Part shown: positions 24,400-36,040 of the stretch, one piece after another
Layout: each line of letters starts with the position of its first letter
How positions within the stretch are numbered: position 1 is the stretch's first letter
Assembly (NCBI GenBank): GCA_009103225.1
Contig: RHPI01000984.1
Span: forward strand, 1-64,000
Direction: 5' to 3'
DNA: 64,000 nucleotides
DNA from: Chlorokybus atmophyticus
Taxonomy: Eukaryota > Plantae > Mesostigma and Chlorokybus algae
The notes under the pieces: model-generated
What the model saw: only the letters and a program-made list of their open reading frames with translations
The model's database searches: none
What the model was told of the DNA's origin: nothing
Program-made: the position numbers and the translations under genes

Positions 24400-26940
24400 T
24401 GCCCCATAAAGCGTAACCTCTTGGGCTCGGGCGTTTCACTTTCATCCGGCATGCCTGCATTTACAATGCATGGTCAGTGCACATACACATGGCCAGACTG
24501 CTCATACTGGCAATATTAGCTTACATGGGAGCAGCCTACGAGCATATCCTAGAGACTGCAGTGTGACACTGTGCACTGGTCACAGCTGCCATTTCGTAAA
24601 TGGCCAACGAGCGGCCTATGAGCTCAACTTGGTACCTGGCTTTTTCTTTTGTGTATCCATCCCAACCGCCCGTCCGACGTAGCGTCTGCCCCCATCCATC
24701 TCTTTGTGATGGCAAACTGCACAACCGCGTGCATGATACGGCGGGTTGTGAAGCTTCCCATCTGAACATGGTCACGGATGGGAAGAGGTGCCACCCGCGT
24801 CATCAGCTGCACTCCTTTCTTCCGCCATAGTTCCCACTGGTGGCCAACCTGCGCTTTGGTTGGTGGCTGCTCAGTGCCACAGCACACAGCCGCCAGGTGC
24901 TCCAGCTCCTCATCATCTTCTTGAATCCGGATGTCATCAGATCCTTGCATCTGCACCAGCAGCATTCAACCAGCGGCATCTAAGCAGCGGTTGAAGCAAG
25001 AGATCACCTCCACCGCATATAGCTTGCAGCTAACCCACCTGATCTTCTTCGTCTGGCTACGCATTCCGGCCCAGTTCATTAAATGTATTCGCCTAGCATT
25101 CCCCCATCCGGACGTGCCTGTTAAAGCTGCATTCATCGTCTTCGCAGACGCAGTTGCCGGTTTTGCTCATGAACATGAATGGCCACTCAACGGTCACGCT
25201 CTGGATATGCAATCCATTAGTTTGCAAGTATCACAGGCGGTTTCACTCGCGGACACTGCAACCAACTACATGCGGCGCTCGACTCGCAGTTGGTGACGTG
25301 CCGTAACAAAAGCATAACGTCACAAACAAACATACCTTCAGCTCGGCATGCATGTAGTGCTCCGTTGACTTTCCATGCATCAGCCTCTTAGACCTGATCG
25401 GTATGAAGGGCCGCACGCTGTCGTCCTCCACGCAAAACACTGGTAACCAATTGTTAATTTGGACGCTGTAGGTGCGGCAGGGCTCATCGACCTCGGCAAC
25501 CTCAAAAATAGTTGCAATGGCCACGGGCACACATGGGTCTTCACGACTTGAGGCTTGCATATCGATGTTAAAGACCTTGTCTTGGTCGTAATCGTCTACA
25601 TGTCTGCACCTCATGCACAGGAAGGGTGTTAGACAACACAACAGCTGTAAAATTTAGCTTTTTAAACTGCCCGTGCAGCTGCGATGATTGCATTTATACG
25701 AGTGTGTGCACACAGTCCGCACCTGAATGTAAGCCATGTAGCCCGCAGCACGTCGTCTGGAAGGGGGCCGTCACTTAAGGGGCACCACAGAACGACTGTC
25801 GGCGCAGGGTTGAAATTAGCAGCGGTAAAAACTCTGCCCCACCCTGAAGACCGGCGGCGAGCAGCTGTGCCGTGCTTGGCAGTTCGCTCTGTTTTTCGAG
25901 CATGCGCACGGAGCTGGACCCGCTGCTCCCTGGTCCGTCCTTTTAAAACGCCCTTTTAAAAAGTCCACTAGCGTTGTATGAAATATACCCGGATGTGCTC
26001 TACCAAGCAAGAGTAATCAGCGAGTGTGTGACCAAACGACTCATATGCACTGAACAGTGTCTACGACATATGCAATCCTTTGCTGTTACCTAAGCTTCAT
26101 AGGCACTTGACAGAGGCTAGAATTTATGCATTCCATTGCTAGGTGACCTAACGAATCATAGGCACTGATCAGTGTCTACGAGTTATGGCATCCATTGCTG
26201 TGCCCCAAAGACTCATAAGCACTGGGCAGTGTCTACGAGTTATGCAATCCATTGTGACCTGGAGACTCATAGGCACTGGACAGTGTTCCAGCTCGACACA
26301 CAATAACATGACAACTTGGCAAACAACGTGATAATAACTGACCTGCAACAGTGGCACTATTAACCAGTGAAAACAGCTGGATATGCATGGAAGACTAGCT
26401 GATTTCAGCTGAACAGCAAGCCATCTATGGCAAGTGACGTGACAACTTTGCAAACTACGTGATGGCAACTGACCTGCAAGATGGCAACACTGACCAGCAG
26501 TGAAAACAGCTTGACGGCTACCAAAGCTTGCTATATGCATAAAGACTAGCTAGGTTTAGTTGAATAGAAACCGAGCTACACACAAGGCATTCAAAGCAAA
26601 CCGTCGCATAAAACAATTGACCTCTAGACATGCGGAGCTCTATGCCTTCCCCAAACACTAAAGGCTCCAGCTCCGGCTTTAACTCCTCACAAAACCTCTG
26701 CAGCTTGGCAATGCTGGCCTGCGCTGCAGGATCCGTGCTCCGCTTGTCGAAATTCACCTCCTCCCAACCTGGACCAGGGATCTGCTCCCACTGCTTGAGC
26801 TTGTTGGTGAACTTGTCCATGTTTCGCACATGAGTGGGGTGCACAGAGGAAAAGTTGAGGAACCTTTTCTGGCCGTTGTTGCCAGAATTGAACACTTGGC
26901 TGGCTGAAGGCACTGCGGTCACCATTGTTACACTATGCAC
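24400..26940 (-). CDS. Unidentified multi-exon gene, probably degenerate
   Basis: Protein-like exons such as QIPGPGWEEVNFDKRSTDPAAQASIAKLQRFCEELKP (26620-26880) and DDYDQDKVFNIDM...HYMHAELK (25340-25600), bounded by splice-like sites. No family recognised. Confidence 0.35.
26038..26285. repeat. Degenerate tandem repeat, 5 copies of about 55-60 bp
   Basis: The core GACTCATAGGCACTG..CAGTGTCTACGAGTTATGCAATCCATTG recurs near 26038, 26093, 26153, 26210 and 26263. Confidence 0.85.
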
Positions 26941-27253
26941 AAAGCACCTAACCTCCAGGCAACAAAAGGCTCACACATCAGTCTACAGCACGAGACTTAG
27001 TGCAGCTGCGATAACCAGTGCCGAAGTTATACTGCGCACAACGCACAACACATGCGCACAACGCACGCGCGAACGGACAAATCACTGCCGGAATCTGACA
27101 ACAAACTTTTTCAAATGAATTAACTTCCAGTACCTGTGTGACCTATGGATCGTCGGAGCGGCCTATGCGGTCGCCTGTGAAGCCGCCGGCAGCCTAATGT
27201 TTGTGGTGTGCTTAAGGTAGTTTTGGCGGTGCTGGCGGAGGTATGGTAGCGGA

Positions 27254-29330
27254 ATGCTGGCTTGTGTTGCACAAGAGTGTTATTCAGAGCAAGTTGTTGC
27301 CAAGATCAGCAAGCTGAGAGACACCGTGGATAATGACATCCCTACCGTGTCGGCGGCATCGTCGACTTCAGAGGTGACTTCAAGTCACCAAGTTGGAGGC
27401 AGCCTTCACACCAGCGGACTTTCTATTGGCACTGTCCCTACTGGTAAACAAGCGTGAAGGCGGGCCATATAAAGTCCAACGGGCTTCCAGAAACCACACA
27501 CACCAAGACTGCAAAGATCGCGCAGTACCTGCACATCAGATTGCGGGTTCATGCGCAGACGAACCAACCAGGGCAGGGAGACAGCAGATGAGCTGAAGGG
27601 ATGGATGGGGGATACTCTCTCCGAAGCCATACGGGTGCGTGCGATGTTGTGAAAGTGCGTTTGTTCTTATAGATTTATAGACTTATAGACGTTGTATGCA
27701 TGCTAGTAAAGTGATATCTGGGCAAAAGACTGTGCAACAAAGTGAACTTACGTGACGCATATGTTGGCGAGCAGGCCCTGAAACATCCAAAATCGAGTAG
27801 AGTTTCCATCGACAGCGTGCGGAGAGCCACCGAGGAGTATCTGCGAAAGCATCACACTGGAGCCATTGCATCTGTAAGCACATGCAGCATGCAGCTGTTA
27901 GCGGAAAAAATGTCATCACAACGCCTTGGTTGCTAACCTTGTCGCTTGTTACCCGGAACAAGCAATTCTGGGATGACGCTGAGCGCGATGCCAACAACAT
28001 TCCCCTCTACCCGAAGGAGCAAACCACACCAAAGCGGACAAAGCGTCAGCGACAGCAAGGTTCAGCGTCAGCAGCGTCAACAGCAAGGAAACCGAGTTCG
28101 ACTTTGCTGCGACAGACACTAGGGAGCCAGAGGAGCTCGAGGAACAACTTGAGGGTGTGATGCAGGAGGGGTCGGAGGAGTCGGCGTAGAAGGCTGCGAA
28201 GGAGATGTTGGAATTGGCAGAGCAGTCTAAGGAGGAAGAGGTGGTGCCACCTGCAAAGAAACCGAGGCATGCCAGCTGGCGAGGCATGAAAATAAAAACG
28301 TCATTGGCAGATGGCTCTCCCACGACCCCCCAAACACACCTGTGAGTAACCATGCAACCATGCAAATACTCATAGACTGCTCTGATTAGGCCATGCGCGT
28401 CGTCTTATGTTATAGGCAGAGACAGTCTTTGAGTCAATATATGTATAAAATATCCTTACCATTGTCTTACACACAGGGTGGCAGGGTGAACCAACCTGAA
28501 GCCGATGCCCCACAGGCTACTAAGCCCGGTATGTCAAGGCAACACCGATCAGCGCAGGCCCGTGAACTGGCTGTGACCAATGCTGCAGCCGAGGTCAATC
28601 GATTCACCAAGACGGGGATGGATACTGTGGAGTTGCCACCACCATTAGAAGAACATCTGCGGGTGCGTCTTCATTTGAATGGTATCATGCATGCTGATGA
28701 CATGCCATGGGCGCCATGCTGCAGCCTATGACAATTCACACCAACTTACCATCACTGCGTCTTTGTTGTTTTGCAGAGTGACAGAGTGCTTCCCAACCGC
28801 AAGCGCATACATATAGCGAACGGTGACCCATGGCAGCAGTGGACAAACGGTTAAACTCCCATAGGCGAACTCTTCCATTTTGCGGACAAAGTTTTTGTCA
28901 TCAAGCCTTCCAACATCCCTGGCACAAGGCTGGGCTTGTTCACCTGCCAGCCTATTACGAAGGGTGAACGCATCATGGTCTTTGACGCAAGTGGTACTCC
29001 TACCAGGGGTTCAGAAGACATTCCCTCAGAAGGAGCACCAGCACCACCAGCGATATCACCTGCAGGTCATCAATAACGTGCCACGCCGGCAGAGCCCTGT
29101 CATCGATGGTCACCCTCGATATGGGAACATAGCTGGCTTCCTCAACTCCAGCCGCGATACGCAGTACAATCCCAACTGCCACATCATGAACTCCATTGAT
29201 GAGGCTGCGGTGCAGGTAGCTGAGGTCAGGAGTCGGAGTGACATCGCCGCTGGGGAAGAGCTGCTCATGGAATACGATCCCTTCCCTCCACCTCCAAACG
29301 AGCAACCTGCAGACAGTGTGAGTATACGCA
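27254..29330 (+). pseudogene. Multi-exon gene ending in a SET domain (about 28877-29280), one frameshift
   Basis: VFVIKPSNIPGTRLGLFTCQPITKGERIMVFD, then a frameshift near 28985, then IDGHPRYGNIAGFLNSSRDTQYNPNC...VRSRSDIAAGEELLMEYD. These match the SET motifs GxGLF, NHS-like NSS..PNC and DIxxGEELxxxY. Linkage to the upstream exons is inferred. Confidence 0.78.
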
Positions 29331-30414
29331 GCTTATATATATGGCTCATATCCATAAACATCACTTGCTCGGCCAGACACTTTCTATTGCTATTATAGAC
29401 CGCATCTGTGAGAGCTGTGCGGTCTATGACAATCATTCAGAATTGCAAACAGTGTACTGATTACCATCTGACCTCAAGTCGTGAAGTACTCTTTCGAGGC
29501 TGCCAGAGAAAAGTTTATTCAATAGGCAACAAAGATGGCAGCTCGCCACACCGTTGCGCTTGAAGACGGCGCGTACCTCGCCTTGCACTGCCCCGCGTCA
29601 AGCTGGTGAATCTTTAGGTGCCTACACATAGAGGGTGCTGAAACGACCACAAGCCGCCCAAAATCAAAAATAGAATGTAAGTGTTGAGATTGCTTCGTCT
29701 GTGCATGCTGGTACATGTTATTGTGCATTCATAGAATGCACTTGTGTCACCAGATTGACACAGTTAATCACACTATCAGATAGGCGTTTGTACGCCTTTA
29801 AAAAGGGATATTCGACTCAGCTGAAAGCAAGTGCGCTGAGCTTACACGCGTGCTGGATAGACTATTCCTGCTGTTAAGACAGATAGACTTCAGAATACAA
29901 CAAGAGAAATAATAGAGGGTATGTTGTGTTAGAAAGATGACATGATTTCGGTGTTAAACTTGTTATAACTGGTGGTTATGATCCGCAGAGACTTACCAAG
30001 GAAGTGTATCGTAAGGCAAAGACTGCAATTCGCCAAGGCCTTCAAGAGATTGCCACTCAAGGCGCCATGGTGACACGGGCTGCAAATCAGCAAAGGCTGA
30101 AAGAGCAGGATTATCAGTCAAAAATCGAGAAGACCATTATGTCCATGCTGCGCAATGGTTTGATAGCAGGCGACATTGGTTGACTGAGGAGCAGATAGCT
30201 GCCGTGCGCACCAATGCTCCTAAACGCCTAAGATGCGACTGCACAGTGGCAGGCTGAGCAATTGCAATTGCAGCAATGCAACAAGGCGGAGTGGGAGACA
30301 TGCCGGCTATGCATCAACGCCATTGCTGATCGTAGGAAACAGCAAGCGAGAAGTTTGGGTGGAAGAGCACATGAAGACCATCCATTTTCAGCATCCAGGG
30401 TGGGCTGAGTCTAA

Positions 30415-33400
30415 GTCCCCTTATGGTGCACCTATTTTGTTTGTACGAAAGAAGAACGGGAGCTTGCGCATGTGCGTCGACTACCGAGCTCTCAACAACA
30501 TCACGACGAGGAATTGCTTTCCACTTCCACGTATCGACGAGTTGCTGGAGCAATTGCAAGGTGCACAGTACTTTACAACACTTGATCTTGCTTGAGGTTA
30601 TCACCAAATCCGCATCGCGCCCGAGGATGTGGAGAAAACAGCTTTTAACACACGTTATGGGCACTACGAGTGGTTGGTCATGTCCTTCGGACTTACGAAC
30701 GCACCGGCAACATTTCAAACGCTTATGAACAGCGTTTTTGCTGACTTGATTGGTAAGGGAGTCCTCGTGTACCTCGACGACATTTTGGTGTACGCGACAA
30801 CAAAGGAGGAGCACGTGGCACTTCTACGGCGCGTGTTGCAGCGTTTGCGCGAACACAAGTTGTACGCCCAGCTACAAAAGTGCAAATTCATGCTTCGAGA
30901 TGTGGAGTACCTAGGCCACATCGTGTCGCATGAAGGCATCAAGCCGGACCCCAACAAAGTGCAGGTGGTGCGCGAGTGGGCTGCCCCGACCAACGTAAAG
31001 GAGGTGATGTCCTTTTTAGGCCTTGCGGGGTATTATCGCATATTTATCATGGGGTTTTCGCGAATAGCTGCTCCCTTGACTGCCCTACTTAAGAAGGGAA
31101 AGCCTTAGAGCTGGTCAACAACAGAGGAACATGCATTTGCTGCGTTGAAGAAGGCGCTGACGGAGGCACCAGTCCTGGCTCACCCCGACATGATGGAAAA
31201 GACATGTATTTTGGCTTGCGACGCGTCCGACGCAGCCGTAGGAGCTGTTTTGCAGCAAGACCATGGCAACGGCCTTCCCCCTGTAGCATTTTTCAGCAAG
31301 AAGATGAGTGGTGCGGAGCTGAATTACCCCGTGCTCGAGAAGGAACTTTTGGCGCAAGTAATGGCGCTACGACAATGGCGTTGTTTTTTGGAAAGCAAAA
31401 AGTTCATGCTTGAGACGGATCACTCTCCACTAAGGTACTTACAAACACAACCTCATCTGAGTCGCAGACAAGCTCGATGGCTTGAGTTCTTTCAACTTTT
31501 TGACTTCGTTATCAAGTACAAGCGCGGTACGTGAAATGGTGTTGCTGACGCGCTGAGCCGGCTTAATGCAATTGAGGCACTCGCTCGAATGCAGCCCGAG
31601 TGGACCGGCCAAATTCGGCAAGCTTCTTTTGAAGACACGGAGGGTATGAAAGTGTTGCAAGAGCTGAAAAATGCAGCTACGGACACAAGTGGGCACTGGT
31701 CAATGCACGACGGGCTGCTGTGCCACCACGGGCGCTTGTACATCCCCAACGTCACGCATATCCGTGTGAAGTTGCTGAAGGAAGCTCATGACGTGCCCAT
31801 TGCTGGTCATCAAGGGTTGGAAAGGACTTTGGCGAGCTTAGAACAACGTTGTTACTGGCGAGAGATGCATCGCGATGTGCGCGACTACGTGGCTTTGTGC
31901 GACGCATGCCAAAGGGTGAAGGCAAGCAACAAAAAGCCAGGTGGGTTGCTGCCTCTCCCTGTGCCATTATCCAAGTGGGAGCAAGTTACCATGGACTTTA
32001 TCACGGGGCTACCAAAGACAAAAGAAGGGTACGACGCTATACTTGTGTTCGTCGATAAAACCAGCAAAATGGTACGCTTGGCACCGTGTCGTGAGTCTTG
32101 CACGGCACCGGAGGCAGCACGCTTCTTCGTGAAGCATGTATTTCGTTCTTATGGATTACCATGAAGCATTGTGAGTAATCGCGACCCGCGCTTTACAAGT
32201 AAGTTTTGGGAGGCGCTGCATAGCGCACTAGGTACCACATTAAAGTTTAGCACGGCATCCCACCCGCAAACTGATGGGCAAACGGAGCGGGCCAACCGTG
32301 TGATCGAGGACATGCTGCGTTGCTACGTTAACGCGCGACAAGACAATTGGGCGGAGCTGCTTGAGTTAGTTGAGTTTGCGATCAACAACCACCACAATGC
32401 AAGCACAGGTGTCACTCCCTTCCTTATGAACTACGGGCAACATCTATTGACACCGTTGACGGCATGGACACCGCGACGACATGACGTGCGTGTGGAAACA
32501 GCTAATGACTTCCTTACAAAGTGCGCGGACATTAACAAGGCAGCTAGGGATGCGCTATTGGTGGCACAAAATCGGCAGAAGCAGTACGCGGACGCGCATC
32601 GCCGACGCCTCACGTTTCAGGAAGGCGACATTGTGTTATTCTCCGCGAAGCACGTCCAGGTGCGTACGGGAGTTCGCAAGCTGAATGAACGCTGGTTGGG
32701 ACCATTTAAGGTCAGCAAAGTTATCTTGGACGTGGCGTACAAGCTGGAGCTACCCGACACCATGCGTGTGCACCCCGTTTTTCACGTCTCCCTTCTGAAA
32801 GCATATCGAGGACAACTGCCAGAAAGGCCGCCCCCCAAAGTTGGCACGGATGGTGAACCAGAGTGGGAGGTAGAAGACATCCTTGGTGAGAAGTTTGTGC
32901 ATGGCGTATGCAAGTTTTTAATGAAATGGAAGGGCTATCCGTTGCACGAAGCATCCTGGGAGCCAGAGACACACTTGAAAAATGCTCAAGACGTTGTGCG
33001 TGACTATCTTGCTCGACGACAACCTCGCGAGCTTCGAGGACGAAGCTCACCTAGGGGGGGAGGAGTGTAACAGTCAAGGCCAAATTTTGTGATTTTCATG
33101 GCCATTTTAGGCCTTATTTGTAAGGTACATGTTTTATGACTTGTGGCGGATATCGGCGAGTTATGAGTCTGCCGCGGATCGACCGGGGCCCCAAGACCAG
33201 TCCGGAAGGTGCCAGAAAACGGAGGGCCAGTCGAGAAGGGCTCGACCAGATTTCTGGAAGGGCCTGGCGCCAAGTAGTATAACTTGACCATATGAGCAGC
33301 AAATTAGGAGATCTTTGGTGCGTTGGAAAGGTCTAGAAGTGTACTACAAGATTCTGCAAGAATATCTTAGCTTCTAGTTCCGTCTAGCGCTAGAATCGTC

Positions 33401-33733
33401 TAGACAGTAGCATGTGCAGACTGGTAGGTATAAAAGTGACATTCTACAATTTGCAATACAACCTTTAGCTCCCTAGTTTCTTGTGTGCAAGCTTGGTGGT
33501 GGTTAGCAGGGGTTGCTAGCGTGTGCCCACCGGTGTGTGCTTGCTTGTGTGACGATCCAAGGCGCTACACAAGTCGGTGTGTAGCTTCGAGCGCACGCGC
33601 GTGCATACGCGAGTGGCGGGGCGCGCGTGTGTGCTTGGCAGAGGGGGCAAGGTTCCGGTGTGAATACTGTGCCTTGGTGAGAGGGTTGTGGATTGGACCA
33701 ACTCACAGGTATCAAGGCACGAGCACCGTCACA
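30415..33733 (+). mobile_element. Ty3/Gypsy chromovirus copy B (5'-truncated): RT-RH-INT-chromodomain, PPT, 3' LTR
   Basis: Starts at the RT motif SPYGAPILF. Contains YLDDIL, RNase H, integrase and the chromodomain EWEVEDIL...KWKGYPLHEASWEPETHL. The PPT AGGGGGGGAGGAG lies at 33053-33065. It is highly similar to copy A but has fewer lesions. Confidence 0.95.
33066..33733 (+). repeat. 3' LTR of Ty3 copy B
   Basis: TGTAACAG...CCGTCACA directly after the PPT; roughly 10% diverged (by eye) from 18360-19023. Confidence 0.92.
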
Positions 33734-34028
33734 TACAATGTGGCGTGCATATGCGCATGCATTAGACATGTAACAGACTGCGCATGTAAGCATGTTGCGT
33801 ACAGAAAACGCAAGACATGCGTGTGATGGAGTACCCCGTACGCACAGACAGCAGCCGCTATAACAGCAAGCTCTCATTGCAGGCAGGCAGGAAGCACATG
33901 TATACAACGCCACTGGCCAATTGGAACTGGTCATATGGCCCACTGATCGAGCAGCTAGGGGCCTACTAGAACCTCAACAGCAAGACATTGATAGAGCAGC
34001 TATGTACAAGGTGAAAACCGCTGCTGAC

Positions 34029-34270
34029 TCAATTGGAGTAGTCATAGCCGTGACCATCGCTGACGTAGTCTCCCATGGTGGCCTCGGTATACTCCGACAG
34101 CTCGCTATCGGATGCAGCGAGTGCCAAGAAGAGGTTGTACATCTCCTCCCTCACGTTATCGGGGAGGTTGGGCACCCTCCGCATGCGATAGCGCATGCGA
34201 CGGAACTTGTGCTTGTAGCGGGCGGCACGTACATTCTCCGCTATAACATCCTCCAGTTCTACACCAAGTC
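34029..34270 (-). CDS. Terminal exon of an unidentified gene
   Basis: Reads ELEDVIAENVRAARYKHKFRRMRYRMRRVPNLPDNVREEMYNLFLALAASDSELSEYTEATMGDYVSDGHGYDYSN*. The composition is protein-like, but the frame has no start and so is absent from the ORF track. Confidence 0.4.
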
Positions 34271-34470
34271 ATGTCTATCTCTTGACGCTGTGCAGACACC
34301 TGCGTTGCTAGAGTTTGGTCACAATGCATGCTACCAACAGATATCAGCAGCTTACAGATAGTGCAAGTCATACCTTCCTGCGCAAGTCGGCAACGGTTTG
34401 CCGCAGCTCTCACACGTCGCGGCGCAGCCAAGCCGATATGCACAAGCATGCATGCCAACAGAAACATACA

Positions 34471-34980
34471 CAAACCAGAGCAAGCCTGCACAACAAGAAG
34501 GTTTACACACTGTGAGGTGGAATACCAGATCAAAGGGCGTAGCGGCAAGGGAAGAAGGCGACGGCGCATGCCAACAGAGACTGAGCAAGAAGAGGCTGGC
34601 CGTGCGTTGACTAACTTGGTCAACACACAAACACATATGCACACACACATGCACAGACAATAAAGCATCTCAACTTTGTGCATACACAAACCAAAGCAAG
34701 CCTGCACAACAAGAAGGTTTACACACAGTGACGTGGAATACCAGATCAAAGGGCGTGGCGGCGAGGGAAGAAGGCGACGGCGCATGCCAACAGAGACTGA
34801 GCAAGAAGAGGCTGGCCGTGCGTTGACTAACTTGGTCAACACACAAACACATATGCACACACACATGCACAGACAATGAAGCATCTCAACTTTGTGCATA
34901 CACAAACCAGAGCAAGCCTGCACAACAAGAAGGTTTACACACAGTGAGGTGGAATACCAGATCAAAGGGCGTGGCGGCGA
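34471..34980. repeat. 216-bp tandem duplication, about 2.4 copies
   Basis: CAAACCA(G/A)AGCAAGCCTGCAC at 34471, 34687 and 34903. Confidence 0.9.
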
Positions 34981-35724
34981 GGGAAGAAGCACTGTGGGAA
35001 GAGAGACGGCGGCGGCGGCGCCAGACACAAGACTACAACTGCAACAACCTTGACGCCCACATGCACACAACCGGCGTGGACGAGGGTTTCATAATGTGAC
35101 ACCCTGTCAAGTCTCAGCCTATTGCTGACAGCCTAGTGCGTCAGCAGAGGACTGAGAATTGACAGTCGCAAAGTCACCCCCGTCGCTGCCGCCCATGCCG
35201 CTGATACTGCCGCCGACTACGCCGCCCGCAACTTCAAACCCTAATTCGTACCTGATCGGTCCTGTTGAGCGATATTCTACTACCTGACACCCGCCTCTCA
35301 AATTGAGAGGCATGTGAGGGGTGTAACAGCTGGCCAAACGGCTGTTTGCTCAACTCGGTGCAACTAGGCTGCAATTTCTGCTGATTGTGGCGGTGAGTCT
35401 GACAAGCCTGAGTTGATGGGTAGCCCTGATAGGTATCATGTCGCTGTCACCCGCCATAGCCATGGCTAGCCATGATAGAGCGCCCATGTTCTTGTGGGGA
35501 ATTCCCGTGCCGCCGCCAGTGCTAGTCTTTGTTGAGGAAGTCCCGTGCCGCCGCCCTCGCCGGTAAGCAGCTGATGGTCACCTGCGCTTGGGAGCGCTTG
35601 CTTGCTTGGTTTGTTTGCATGAACATCTGGAAATGTGCCGGTGTGTGTGTGTGGGTGCATGTGTGGGTGGGTGGGTGGGTTGGGCTTGTGTTGTTACTTC
35701 TCGTGGTTGGGGCAAAACGCTGGG

Positions 35725-36040
35725 GCAGCCTCGTGCGTAAGGCCTCGGTGACCTTCCCTACGCCCTTGCACAAGTTGGTTGGGCGAAAACGCTGGGGGCA
35801 GCCTCGTGCGTAAGGCCTCGGTGACCTTCCCTGCGCCCTTGCACAAGTTGGTTTGGGGAAAACGCTGGGGCAGCCTCGTGCATAAGGCCTCGGTGACCTT
35901 CCCTGCGCCCTTGCACAAGTTAGTTGGGGGAAAACGCTGGGGCAGCCTCGTGCGTAAGGCCTTGGTGACCTTCCCTGCGCCCTTGCACAAGTTGGTTGGG
36001 GGAAAACGCTGGGGCAGCCTCGTGCATAAGGCCTCGGTGT
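35725..36040. repeat. 72-bp minisatellite, 4 full copies plus a partial one
   Basis: GCAGCCTCGTGC(G/A)TAAGGCC at 35725, 35798, 35870, 35942 and 36014, with a dispersed partial copy near 37130. Confidence 0.92.

Larger units (their letters stand above)
23449..30414. mobile_element. Candidate CMC/CACTA-like DNA transposon (left end only) carrying two divergently oriented multi-exon genes
   Basis: Begins with CACGG exactly where the Ty3 chromodomain breaks off. The next ~700 bp contain over a dozen GGACC/GGTCC motifs in both orientations, resembling subterminal repeats. No matching right TIR or transposase was found. Confidence 0.5.

Noticed and set aside
25200-25360. Deaminase-like HAE...CxxC (HAELK|LVAVSASETACDTC) in the unknown minus-strand gene
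   Set aside because: Only about 12 residues separate HxE from CxxC in the plausible splice, too few for the deaminase fold, and a stop follows soon after. An HHpred search would settle it.
18360-33733. One intact 15.4-kb LTR retrotransposon
   Set aside because: There is no TSD, pol is duplicated and the LTRs are diverged; two partial copies explain it better.
35725-36040. CRISPR-like regular repeats
   Set aside because: The units are contiguous near-identical 72-mers with no unique spacers, the context is eukaryotic, and there are no cas genes.
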